The notes below the pieces were generated by a model. It was not told the origin of the DNA. It saw only the letters and a list, made by a program, of their open reading frames with translations, and did not search any database. Made by a program: the position numbers and the translations under genes. This document shows positions 24,027-32,834 of a stretch of DNA of 45,627 bases, piece by piece (the first letter of the stretch is position 1; the number at the start of each line of letters is the position of its first letter). The DNA is from Eubacteriales bacterium (GTDB taxonomy: Bacteria; Bacillota; Clostridia; Oscillospirales; CAG-272): the NCBI GenBank assembly GCA_045534435.1, contig JAZSJS010000087.1, positions 1 through 45,627 of the forward strand. The letters are read 5' to 3'.

Positions 24027-24638
24027 TTACGGTATCATATATCCCTTTCCTCTGACGGTTCGGATCAGCCTTCCCGGGCAGACCGACTCGAGCTTTTTTC
24101 TCAGATAACAAATATAGACGTCGGTCTTGTTTGCCGAAGATTCTCCGATGCAAACAGAAAGTGCCTGCCTTGAGACGGGAATGCCCCGATTTTTCAAAAG
24201 ACAGCTTACCACCGCATATTCACGCGGTGTGAGTACGATCCTCTGTCCGTCGATCTGCAACAAAGATTGCCCGGCATCCAGCAGCAGCTTGGTCTGCCTC
24301 GAGGACGGCTCCGGAGAAAGCATGGCCTCTCCCGCAAGCGCTCCCATCACCTCGCGACGCAAAAGCCGCATCTCAAACGGACGGTGCAGGATCATCGAGC
24401 AAAGGCGGCGCGTCTCGTCGTCGGCAAGTGCGGCTCCGCGAGTGAATCCGATCATTCGTCCGTAACAGGCGGCGTCGGGTGCCGCGGCACTGTCCAGATC
24501 CAGAAGCGCAACCTCTGAAAAAAGATCGCGATTCGGCTGCTCCAGCGTGATCACGCTCATATTCCTCGTCAAAAATTCCAACTCGAGCATACGCGCAAAA
24601 ACGGCATCGCCCGAATAGATCGCAATCTGACAGTTCAT
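24027..24638 (-). CDS. OmpR/PhoB-type winged-helix regulator with a degenerate receiver domain (orphan)
   Basis: The C-terminus is typical of the family (LTPREYAVVSCLL..G..VSRQAL..........NKTDVYICYLRKKLE......IRTVRGKGY). The N-terminal receiver lacks the DD pair (IAIYSGD) and has RPF in place of the conserved KPF. No histidine kinase gene adjacent. Confidence 0.7.
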   Translation of the reverse strand: MNCQIAIYSGDAVFARMLELEFLTRNMSVITLEQPNRDLFSEVALLDLDSAAAPDAACYGRMIGFTRGAALADDETRRLCSMILHRPFEMRLLRREVMGALAGEAMLSPEPSSRQTKLLLDAGQSLLQIDGQRIVLTPREYAVVSCLLKNRGIPVSRQALSVCIGESSANKTDVYICYLRKKLESVCPGRLIRTVRGKGYMIP

Positions 24639-24803
24639 GCTCCTCCTCCGTCATTCTTGAAAGCCAATCGCCCCTGCTCTGCATCAAAGCCGTTTACCAA
24701 CAATTACAAGCGCTCAAAGCAACGTATATTCATTGGTAATCGGCTTTTGCGGGAAAGAAGGCTTTGTTTCCAAGGCCTTCCCTCCCGTTTTCGGCATCAA
24801 ATG

Positions 24804-27206
24804 TTATTTCACCACAATGTTCACGATCTTGTTGGGAACGCTGATCTCCTTGATCACGGTCTTGCCCGCGATGGCAGCGGCGATCCTTTCATCCGCCTTG
24901 GCAGCGGCGATCGCATCCTCCTTCGAGCAGTTGAACGGAATGGCAACCGTTGCGCGAACCTTGCCGTTGATCTGCACGGCAACCTCAACCGTGCTGTCCA
25001 CGGTCTTGTTCTCATCCCAAACGGGCCAAGCAGCCAGCGAGCAAAGTCCCTCGCCGCCCAGGCTCTCCCACATCTCCTCCGCCAAGTGAGGGGCGAAGGG
25101 ACAGATCAGGCGAACCAACACCATCAGCTCGTCCTTCGTCAGCGTGCCGACTGCGGCAATATCGTTGAGCAGCGTCATCATCGAAGCGATGGCGGTGTTG
25201 AACTTGAGCTCCTCAATGTCCAAAGAGACCTTTTTCACGGTCTTGTGGAAGGCGGTCTCCAGCTTGGGAGTCACGCCCTCACCCTTGACCAGATCGGTCA
25301 GATCGGCAATTCTCTCCAAAAATCTCTTGCAGCCCTTCATCGAGCTTTCGTTCCAGGGTGCGGCACTGCCGTAATCACCCATGAAGAGCACGTAGGTACG
25401 AAGCACGTCGGCACCGTAAAGATCGACCACGTCGTTGGGGTCAACCACGTTGCCCTTGCACTTGGACATCTTCTCACCGTCAGGACCGAGAATGAGTCCC
25501 TGCGCGGTACGCTTGGCATAAGGCTCGGAAACCGGAACGAGTCCGAGATCGTAGAGGAACTTGTGCCAGAAGCGAGAATAGATCATGTGACGCGTCACGT
25601 GCTCCATACCGCCGTTATACCAGTCGATCGGCATCCAATATTTGAGCTTTGCCTCGTCGGCAAAGGCATTTTCGTTGTGGGGGTCAATGTAGCGCAGGAA
25701 GTACCACGATGAGCCTGCCCACTGAGGCATGGTGTCGGTCTCGCGCTTGGCATCCTTTCCGCACTTGGGACACTTGCAGTTGACGAAGGCATCGATCTTC
25801 GCCAGAGGGCTCTCTCCTCCCTCTCCCGGCTCAAAATTCTTGACCTCGGGCAGACGCAACGGCAGCTCCTCATAAGGCACGGGAACGATGCCGCAATGCG
25901 GGCAGTGCACGATCGGGATCGGCTCGCCCCAATATCTCTGACGGTTGAACGCCCAGTCCTTCATCTTGTACTGCACGCCCTTCTCGCCAATGCCCTCTGT
26001 TTCCAGATGTGCGAGCATCCGCTCGATCGAATCCTTCTTGTTGGTGTAGCCGTTGAGGAAATCGGAGTTGATCATCTCGCCGTCACCCGCATAGGCAGCC
26101 TTTTCGATGTCTCCGCCCTTGATGACCTCGATGATATCAATACCAAACTTCTTTGCAAACTCCCAGTCACGCTCGTCGTGTGCGGGAACAGCCATGATCG
26201 CTCCTGTGCCGTAGCCCATCATGACGTAATCGGAAATATAAATCGGGATCTCCTTGCCGCTGACGGGGTTGATCGCGGTCAAGCCCTCGATGCGAACACC
26301 GGTCTTGTCCTTGACCAGCTGAGTTCTCTCAAACTCGGTCTTCTTGGCACACTCCTCGCGGTAGGCATCGAGCGTGTCGATGTTTGCGATCCGGAAGCGG
26401 CTCGCCTCAATGAAGAGATGCTCGGGCGCGATGACCATGAAGGTCACGCCGAAGAGCGTGTCGGGGCGAGTGGTATAAATGCGGAGCTTTTCGTCGATCT
26501 CCTTGAGGGAGAAGTTGACGAACGCACCCGTGGATTTGCCGATCCAGTTGACCTGCTGTTGCTTGACGTTGGGAAGATAATCGACCTCCTCCAGACCCGA
26601 AAGCAGCTTGTCGGCATACTCGGTGATGCGCAGATACCATACCGCCTTGGACTTCTGCACGATGTCGCTCTTGCAGATGTCGCACTTTCCGCCCTGAGAG
26701 TCCTCGTTGGAAAGAACGACCTTGCAGCTCGGGCAATAGTTGACCAGCGCGGTATCACGGAACACCAGGCCCTTCTCGAACATCTTCAAAAAGATCCATT
26801 GCGTCCAACGGTAGTAGCCCTCCTCAGTGGTATCGACCACGCGATCCCAATCAAAGGAAAAGCCGACGCGCTTGAGCTGCGATGTAAACTTTTCGATGTT
26901 GCGGTCGGTGACCACTCTGGGATGGAGGTTGTCCTTGATCGCGGTGTTCTCGGTGGGAAGTCCGTAGGCATCGAAGCCAATGGGAAACAGAACGTTGTAG
27001 CCCTGCATTCTTCTCTTGCGCGAAACCACCTCGAGTCCCGAATATGCCTTGATGTGACCGACGTGCATGCCGTGTCCACTGGGATACGGGAACTCTACAA
27101 GGTTATAATATTTGGGCTTATCGGAAAAGTCCTCGGCACGGAACGCACCGGTCTCCTCCCATTTCTTTTGCCACTTGGGCTCGATCTGCTTAAAATCAAT
27201 TTTCAT
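24804..27206 (-). CDS. leuS: Leucine--tRNA ligase
   Basis: 800 aa. The N-terminus KWQKKWEE..FPYPSGHGMHVGH (HIGH region), the CP1 editing region and a KMSK(C) loop are typical of bacterial LeuS. Confidence 0.95.
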   Translation of the reverse strand: MKIDFKQIEPKWQKKWEETGAFRAEDFSDKPKYYNLVEFPYPSGHGMHVGHIKAYSGLEVVSRKRRMQGYNVLFPIGFDAYGLPTENTAIKDNLHPRVVTDRNIEKFTSQLKRVGFSFDWDRVVDTTEEGYYRWTQWIFLKMFEKGLVFRDTALVNYCPSCKVVLSNEDSQGGKCDICKSDIVQKSKAVWYLRITEYADKLLSGLEEVDYLPNVKQQQVNWIGKSTGAFVNFSLKEIDEKLRIYTTRPDTLFGVTFMVIAPEHLFIEASRFRIANIDTLDAYREECAKKTEFERTQLVKDKTGVRIEGLTAINPVSGKEIPIYISDYVMMGYGTGAIMAVPAHDERDWEFAKKFGIDIIEVIKGGDIEKAAYAGDGEMINSDFLNGYTNKKDSIERMLAHLETEGIGEKGVQYKMKDWAFNRQRYWGEPIPIVHCPHCGIVPVPYEELPLRLPEVKNFEPGEGGESPLAKIDAFVNCKCPKCGKDAKRETDTMPQWAGSSWYFLRYIDPHNENAFADEAKLKYWMPIDWYNGGMEHVTRHMIYSRFWHKFLYDLGLVPVSEPYAKRTAQGLILGPDGEKMSKCKGNVVDPNDVVDLYGADVLRTYVLFMGDYGSAAPWNESSMKGCKRFLERIADLTDLVKGEGVTPKLETAFHKTVKKVSLDIEELKFNTAIASMMTLLNDIAAVGTLTKDELMVLVRLICPFAPHLAEEMWESLGGEGLCSLAAWPVWDENKTVDSTVEVAVQINGKVRATVAIPFNCSKEDAIAAAKADERIAAAIAGKTVIKEISVPNKIVNIVVK

Positions 27207-27616
27207 TGCTCTTCTCCAATCTTATCATCAATTCCAACGAAGGTCACGTCCTCCGCATCACCGTACAGCTTTTCCAGCTGATAAAAGTCGCGATTCTCGC
27301 GGCTGAATATATGAACGATGACCGAGCTGTAATCCAACACGATCCAACCGTTGTTATCTCTTCCTTCAAAATGCAGAGGATCGACCTCACGCAATCCGAG
27401 CTTGTATTCCACCTCTCCCGCAAGAGATTTGACCTGCGTGGAGGAGCCGCCCGTGCAGATCACGAAATAATCGGTGATCACAGTCTGATCCTGCACGCGC
27501 AAGACCTTGATGTTCTTTGCTTTCTTGGCATCCAGCACGTCGAAGATCGCGTGTGCCAGCTCCTCGGGCGTCGCCTCGGCAAGCGAGGGAAGCCGTTCTT
27601 TGATCATTTCTTCCAT
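27203..27616 (-). CDS. rsfS: Ribosome silencing factor RsfS
   Basis: DYFVICTGGSSTQVKSLAGEVE..GWIVLDYSSVIVHIF signature. Stop overlaps the leuS start (ATGA). The start is ambiguous between 27643 and 27616. Confidence 0.85.
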   Translation of the reverse strand: MEEMIKERLPSLAEATPEELAHAIFDVLDAKKAKNIKVLRVQDQTVITDYFVICTGGSSTQVKSLAGEVEYKLGLREVDPLHFEGRDNNGWIVLDYSSVIVHIFSRENRDFYQLEKLYGDAEDVTFVGIDDKIGEEQ

Positions 27617-27642
27617 TCCAAAACATTCCTTTCTTTGATGCA

Positions 27643-28629
27643 TCAGTCCGTCGCGGGATTTTCCTCGGCGGTGTAAATATGATGAAACTCCCGATTCTCT
27701 TTTCTGTCAAAAAGTGCGTCGGGATCAAATTCCAAAACCGAAAGCCTCCTTGCGGGCAACAGATAATCGTTGACCATCTCGCAGGCAAACGCGCGATTGA
27801 GCACATAATACCACGCTCCGCTGCTTCCCTGCACGGCCTCACCCGCAAGCGTCGCCATGGGGATCTGCTCGGTATCGCACTCGCGCAAAATTCCGAGCAC
27901 GCGGATCGCGTCGGGAAGTCCGACGTCGGTCTGTACCCGTGTCAGCGTGTGACACATGATCTGAAGCAGCTGTGCCGCTGAGAGTGATTTGCACCTTTCG
28001 GCAAAAGCGCGAAGAAAGAGCTTTTGCGCGTCAAGACGCCCGAGATCGGCGTTGATATAGCCTGCGCGGTAGCGGATGAACTGCTCCGCGTGTGCCCCGT
28101 CGAGGTGGGCAAGCCCCTCCTTCAGATCGATCTCCAATCCCTGTGCGGGATCGGAATAGACCATATCCTGCGGAAGAATCACGTCGACACCGCCGATATC
28201 GTCAACGATGCGACGGACACAGGAAAGATCCAGGATCACAAAATAATCCAACCGCACGCCCAATGCCCGCGAAAGCAGAGCCTTGAGCTCGGTCGCTCCC
28301 AGCGCGTTCAGCGCGCCGTTGAGCTTTTTATAGTCCTTTTGGGTATAATTCGCATAGGTATCGCGTGGGATCTGCAAAATGGTTGCCTGCTTTGCCGCCT
28401 CATGAAGCGTTACCACGAACATACTGTCGGTCAAGCCACAGGTGCGATCCTTGCCGAGCACCAAAAAGCGTGTGACGCGCGGCTCTTCTCCTCGCCACGT
28501 CTCGGCTTCAGCCGAAAGCGTCTGAGAAAGCGCGCTCTCTTCCGTTTGACGGTGCTCCGCGCGCACGCGCGGCAGAAACAGCACGGCAAACACCGACAGC
28601 ACCGATACCAAGCAAAAAATCCGTTTCAT
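27643..28629 (-). CDS. LytR-CpsA-Psr (LCP) family protein
   Basis: N-terminal signal/anchor. LCP core motifs (FLVLGKDRT..LTDSMFVVTL, ILQIPRDTY, LDGAHAEQFIRYR). Confidence 0.8.
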   Translation of the reverse strand: MKRIFCLVSVLSVFAVLFLPRVRAEHRQTEESALSQTLSAEAETWRGEEPRVTRFLVLGKDRTCGLTDSMFVVTLHEAAKQATILQIPRDTYANYTQKDYKKLNGALNALGATELKALLSRALGVRLDYFVILDLSCVRRIVDDIGGVDVILPQDMVYSDPAQGLEIDLKEGLAHLDGAHAEQFIRYRAGYINADLGRLDAQKLFLRAFAERCKSLSAAQLLQIMCHTLTRVQTDVGLPDAIRVLGILRECDTEQIPMATLAGEAVQGSSGAWYYVLNRAFACEMVNDYLLPARRLSVLEFDPDALFDRKENREFHHIYTAEENPATD

Positions 28630-28673
28630 ATCTCCACCTACAAAATTTGATTGATGATGTAGGCAGAGACGCC

Positions 28674-29324
28674 TTACGCGAAGCGTCCCTCGGCAGCCGC
28701 CCTTTCCAAGAGCAGCTCGTTCCGTGCCATCACGGTCTCCTCGGCAACCGGGATTCCCTCGTCAAGAAGATCGCGCACGGTCATGTCATAGGATAAAATC
28801 AACGTCTCCCGCAGCAGCTCCAGCCGCTCCTCCCCGCTCATCGATTCGGGCTCCGCGCCAAAGAAATAGCGGCGCAGGATCACGCAATTGGAAAAGGTGC
28901 GTGACAGATCGATGTAATCGGCAAGATACAGCAGCTTCTCGGTCAGCGTCATACCCGCGCGTCCCGTGGTATGCCAACGGACCGCGTCGACCACAACGGG
29001 ATCGGAAAATGCGGGAAAATCGATCGGGATCCTTGCCGCCGCGCTCCTTGCGTGAAGCGTTTTGGGCGCCAGCAGATCGGCGTTCGCGAGCGAAATACCC
29101 AATTTGCGGCAAAGTGCGATCTGTGCGTTTGTGTCGAGCTCCTTTGTCACGTCGTGCAAAAGTGCGGCGGCACGCATCCGAAGGCTCTCTTCGGGGCAAA
29201 ATAAATCACAAAGTCGCGCGACCATTTGCTCGACCGCAAGTGTATGCCGAAAGCGCTTTGGTGACATTTCGCGCATGACTGTTTCACGCAAAGCGTCCAA
29301 CGAGCATTCCGTGATCTCTTTCAT
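28674..29324 (-). CDS. yqeK: HD-domain bis(5'-nucleosyl)-tetraphosphatase YqeK
   Basis: RFRHTLAVEQ..AALLHDVTKE HD motif. Conserved position downstream of nadD. Confidence 0.8.
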   Translation of the reverse strand: MKEITECSLDALRETVMREMSPKRFRHTLAVEQMVARLCDLFCPEESLRMRAAALLHDVTKELDTNAQIALCRKLGISLANADLLAPKTLHARSAAARIPIDFPAFSDPVVVDAVRWHTTGRAGMTLTEKLLYLADYIDLSRTFSNCVILRRYFFGAEPESMSGEERLELLRETLILSYDMTVRDLLDEGIPVAEETVMARNELLLERAAAEGRFA

Positions 29325-29345
29325 TATGCAACGCCTCCCTTCGCT

Positions 29346-29948
29346 TCAAACGTACAAATGATTGTCTTCAATGTATTTTTTCACCGCAGGTGAAACCAAA
29401 TCGGAAATATCCTCTCCGCATGCCAGCCTTTTCCGCACGTCGTTGGAGGAAAGCTTCAGGGGCTCTGTGACGATCCGCCTGACGACCTTTCCGTATTTTT
29501 CCCGATACGTCGCGATCTTTTGAATGATCATCTCATCCAAAAAATGATCGTTTTCACGACGGATATAGACGGGATAACAAAGCCGGAAGATCTCCTCGGG
29601 CTCGCGCCACTCGTCGAGCGTGAGCATCATATCGGTTCCGCAGAGCAAAAAGAGTCTGCGATCCTCGCCCCACAGCTCGCGAAGCGTGTCCACCGTGTAG
29701 CTTCTTCCGCCGCGACGGATCTCCATGTCGCTGACGTACACCCCCTCCGTGCCACCGAATGCAAGACGGCACATCTTAAGACGGTCGGATGCCGAAACCT
29801 CGACCTCCATCTCCTTGTGAGGCGGCAGCGCGGTGGGAATGACGTAAAGAATGTCCAGCCACATCTGCTCCATAAAAGCCTTTGCCGCCAAAAGATGTCC
29901 GTTGTGCGGCGGAGAAAAGGTACCGCCGTAAATCCCGATCCGTGTCAT
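29346..29948 (-). CDS. nadD: Nicotinate-nucleotide adenylyltransferase
   Basis: IGIYGGTFSPPHNGHL (T/HxGH nucleotidyltransferase motif), 200 aa, C-terminal ISSNDVR-type motif (LSSNDVRKR). Confidence 0.9.
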   Translation of the reverse strand: MTRIGIYGGTFSPPHNGHLLAAKAFMEQMWLDILYVIPTALPPHKEMEVEVSASDRLKMCRLAFGGTEGVYVSDMEIRRGGRSYTVDTLRELWGEDRRLFLLCGTDMMLTLDEWREPEEIFRLCYPVYIRRENDHFLDEMIIQKIATYREKYGKVVRRIVTEPLKLSSNDVRKRLACGEDISDLVSPAVKKYIEDNHLYV

Positions 29949-30241
29949 GCGCGAGGAAGCTCGATGACCGGCTTCTTTTCCGATGCGCGGTAAAGCACGA
30001 TCTTTCTTCCAACCACCGCGACAGGCTCGGCGCCAAGCGCCTCGGCAAGCGCGTCGATCACCTCGCGGGGTGCTTCTCCGCTGTTTTCCAGCACGTGAAG
30101 CTTGATCAGCTCTCTCGCTTCAAGCGCGTCCGAAAAGGTCTTGAGCATATTTTCATTCAATCCGCCCTTGCCGATCTGCATGATGGCGGGCAGGTCATGG
30201 GCAAGTCCTCGCAGATATGCCCTTTGCTTTGATGTGATCAT
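29945..30241 (-). CDS. yhbY: YhbY-family (CRM domain) RNA-binding ribosome assembly protein
   Basis: SKQRAYLRGLAHDLPAIMQIGKGGL..ELIK signature, 98 aa. 4-nt overlap with nadD. Confidence 0.85.
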   Translation of the reverse strand: MITSKQRAYLRGLAHDLPAIMQIGKGGLNENMLKTFSDALEARELIKLHVLENSGEAPREVIDALAEALGAEPVAVVGRKIVLYRASEKKPVIELPRA

Positions 30242-30265
30242 GATAACCTCTTTCTGCTTCGTGTC

Positions 30266-30754
30266 TCAAGTGTTCACGTTCCAGCCGTTCTCGCGAAGGA
30301 TCTCACAGATCTCTTCGCCAACGCCGGAAATCACGCGAACAAATTGCTTTTCATTCAAAAATACGCTGACCGCCATTCCCGTTTCACAGGAAATGCTGCG
30401 CACGTCCTTGCGCTTCAGCTCCAAGCGGTGATCTCCTCCGTCCAGAGAAAGCAAAATGATGGATTCCTCGGTCAGAATGAAAAATCCTCTCACCGTTCCG
30501 TCCTTGACCGTAAAATATACCCGCTCGTCAATGAGGAAGGGCTGCTTGAGCGTTTGCTTGATCCTTTGATAGGGACGATCCTGAAGGTATGCCGTGATCG
30601 GAATGAGAAAGGAGCAAACGAGTGCCACTCCCGCCCCCACGAGCACACCGATCTTCCAATCAAAGAAGAATGCCGCAAGAGATCCGAGGATCACGCCGTA
30701 CAGAATCGACGATTTGCGCACGCCGTCGGCAAGATAATAATCGGAAAATTTCAT
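30266..30754 (-). CDS. Membrane protein with two TM helices and a PH/GRAM-like C-terminal domain (hypothetical)
   Basis: The real start is ATG 30754, overlapping the rdgB stop (ATGA). The longer tracked ORF overlaps rdgB out of frame. Confidence 0.5.
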   Translation of the reverse strand: MKFSDYYLADGVRKSSILYGVILGSLAAFFFDWKIGVLVGAGVALVCSFLIPITAYLQDRPYQRIKQTLKQPFLIDERVYFTVKDGTVRGFFILTEESIILLSLDGGDHRLELKRKDVRSISCETGMAVSVFLNEKQFVRVISGVGEEICEILRENGWNVNT

Positions 30755-31368
30755 AGCTTCGTTTCGATTCCTTTCAAAGCCTCTGCAAGCAGCTCGATCG
30801 CACGGCCTCTGTGTGAGATTGCGTTCTTTTCCTCGGGAGACAGTTCGGCAAAGGTCTTTCCGAGCGGCTCGTAATAGAACAAGGGATCGTATCCGAATCC
30901 ACCGTTGCCGGCATATTCGTACAAAATACTGCCCTTTGCCTCTCCACGTACGACCAGCTCCCTTCCATCCGGGAAGACGCAAGCAATCGTGCAAACGAAG
31001 GCCGCGGTGCGCTCGGTGGGAGGCACGTCGGCAAGATCCTTGAGCAGCGCCTGATTGTTTCCCTCGTCATCGTGATCGCCCGCGTAATTGCGGCGCGCCG
31101 CGTAGCGCGCGGAATAGATGCCGGGAGCACCGTCGAGGGCATCCACCGTCAGTCCCGAGTCGTCGCCCAAGCCGATATATCCCGAGGTTGCGGCAACACG
31201 CGCCTTGATCAGCGCATTTTCCTCAAAGGTCTCGCCGTCCTCCTCGATCTCCTCGGTGATTCCGACGTCGTCAAGCGATAAAATTTCAACCTCCGCAAAA
31301 TGCTTGGAAAGGAGCGCCTTGAGTTCTCCGATCTTTTTGCGGTTTCTTGATGCCAATACCAATTTCAT
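30751..31368 (-). CDS. rdgB: dITP/XTP pyrophosphatase (RdgB/HAM1 family)
   Basis: Start at ATG 31368. KLVLASRNRKKIGE.., DDSGL.VDAL.G.PG.YSAR, GGFGYDP.F motifs. Confidence 0.9.
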   Translation of the reverse strand: MKLVLASRNRKKIGELKALLSKHFAEVEILSLDDVGITEEIEEDGETFEENALIKARVAATSGYIGLGDDSGLTVDALDGAPGIYSARYAARRNYAGDHDDEGNNQALLKDLADVPPTERTAAFVCTIACVFPDGRELVVRGEAKGSILYEYAGNGGFGYDPLFYYEPLGKTFAELSPEEKNAISHRGRAIELLAEALKGIETKL

Positions 31369-31400
31369 AACCGTTTTTCCTATTTGCGCAGTCTCGCTCT

Positions 31401-32834
31401 TCATTCGAACAGTGCGCGCACAAATTCCTTTTGATCAAATTCCTGCATATCGTCCAGCTTTTCGCCCACACCGATGAATTTGACGGGAATGTTCAATTCC
31501 TGACGGATCGAGATCACAATGCCGCCCTTTGCGGTGCCATCCATCTTGTTCAGGATCAATCCGGTCAGTGCCGCCGCATTCTTGAATTCCTTTGCCTGCA
31601 GAATGGCATTCTGTCCCGTGGTTGCGTCAAGCACCAGGAGATTCTCACGCGCCACACCCGGCAGCTCACGGTCGATCACACGATTGATCTTGGCAAGCTC
31701 GTTCATCAAATTGGTCTTGTTGTGCAAACGTCCCGCCGTATCAATGATCAGAACGTCGGCGTTCTGATTTTTTGCCGCATGGCAAGCGTCAAATACCACT
31801 GCCGCGGGATCACTTCCCTCATTCTGACGGATCAGGTCGACCTTTGCCCGCTCAGACCACACCGCGAGCTGATCGATCGACGCCGGACGGAAGGTATCCG
31901 CAGCTGCAACGATAACCTTCTTCCCCTCCTTGCGAAGCTGATTGGAGATCTTTCCGATCGAGGTCGTCTTTCCGACACCGTTCACACCGATCACCAAAAT
32001 CACACTCGGCTTGGTGGAGAGGTTCAGGGGTGCACCTTCTCCGATCATGCCCTCGAGAATCTTGTGAAGAACCTCAACGACCTGCTCCTTTTCCTTGAGT
32101 CTGCCGTCCTTGATCTGCTCTCTCAGCTCATCAATGATCGCTTCGGAGGCATTGACTCCGACGTCGGCACAGATCAGGATCTCCTCGAGCTCCTCCAAAA
32201 GATCCTCGTCGACCTTCACAAAATTCTTGAGTAGCTCGTCGATCTGTCCGAAAAGTGCGTTTTTCGTCTTGGAAAGACCTTCCTTGACGCGTTTCCAGAA
32301 GGATTTTTTCTCCTTCTTTTTCACATCCTCGCTCGCAGGCTCCTCCGCGACAGGCTCCTTCGCGGATTTCTCTGCTTCAGCCGCCTTTGCTGCCTCCTGC
32401 TCTGCTCTTTCCTGTGCCAAACGGCGCTTTTCCTCTTCCTCGCGGCGAGCCGCTTCCTCCTCTGCGACACGCTTTGCCTTTTCCTCGGCGATTCTGCGTG
32501 CCTCCTCCTCGGCGCGTCTTGCCTCCTCGGCAGCCTTGAGTGCTTCTGCCTCTGCTTGCTTTCTGGCCTCCTCGGCGGCCTTTCGCTCCGCCTCTGCCTT
32601 TGCCTTTTGGAGCGCTTCAGCCTCTGCCTGCTTTTTTGCCTCCTCAGCGGCCTTTCGCTCGGCCTCGGCCTTTGCCTTTTGGAGTGCTTCTGCCTCTGCC
32701 TGCTTTTTTGCCTCCTCAGCGGCCTTTCGCTCGGCCTCTTCTTTGGCTATTTGAAGTGCTTTTTCCTCTGCCTGCTTGGCAGATTCCTCCGCAGCTCTTT
32801 TTTTCTTACCGAACAGCTTATCCAAAAATGCCAT
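31401..32834 (-). CDS. ftsY: Signal recognition particle receptor FtsY with a repetitive Ala/Glu/Lys-rich N-terminal domain
   Basis: Start at ATG 32834 (RBS aggaga). C-terminal NG domain (GVNGVGKTTSIGK, DTAGR, LNKMDG). Confidence 0.9.
   Translation of the reverse strand: MAFLDKLFGKKKRAAEESAKQAEEKALQIAKEEAERKAAEEAKKQAEAEALQKAKAEAERKAAEEAKKQAEAEALQKAKAEAERKAAEEARKQAEAEALKAAEEARRAEEEARRIAEEKAKRVAEEEAARREEEEKRRLAQERAEQEAAKAAEAEKSAKEPVAEEPASEDVKKKEKKSFWKRVKEGLSKTKNALFGQIDELLKNFVKVDEDLLEELEEILICADVGVNASEAIIDELREQIKDGRLKEKEQVVEVLHKILEGMIGEGAPLNLSTKPSVILVIGVNGVGKTTSIGKISNQLRKEGKKVIVAAADTFRPASIDQLAVWSERAKVDLIRQNEGSDPAAVVFDACHAAKNQNADVLIIDTAGRLHNKTNLMNELAKINRVIDRELPGVARENLLVLDATTGQNAILQAKEFKNAAALTGLILNKMDGTAKGGIVISIRQELNIPVKFIGVGEKLDDMQEFDQKEFVRALFE
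32541..32780. repeat. About 3.3 tandem copies of a 72-bp unit inside ftsY (encodes ERKAAEEAKKQAEAEALQKAKAEA repeats)
   Basis: Units at 32541-32612, 32613-32684 and 32685-32756 plus a partial copy. Read directly from the sequence. Confidence 0.85.

Noticed and set aside
24740-24803. Hairpin downstream of leuS (gggaaagaaggc..ggccttccctccc) as a terminator.
   Set aside because: The stem is imperfect and no T-run follows on the minus strand, so I could not support it as an intrinsic terminator.
25458-25472. The LeuS KMSKS loop reads KMSKC.
   Set aside because: This is a single conservative substitution at the last, least-constrained position of the motif, and the rest of the enzyme looks intact. 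There is no evidence of functional significance from sequence alone.
27203-27700. Expected T-box leader upstream of leuS.
   Set aside because: The leuS start overlaps the rsfS stop (ATGA), so there is no leader. leuS is evidently read as part of the yhbY-nadD-yqeK-LCP-rsfS unit.
32541-32780. Regularly spaced repeats that could be mistaken for a CRISPR array.
   Set aside because: The units are contiguous 72-bp tandem copies with no unique spacers. They lie in frame inside ftsY.
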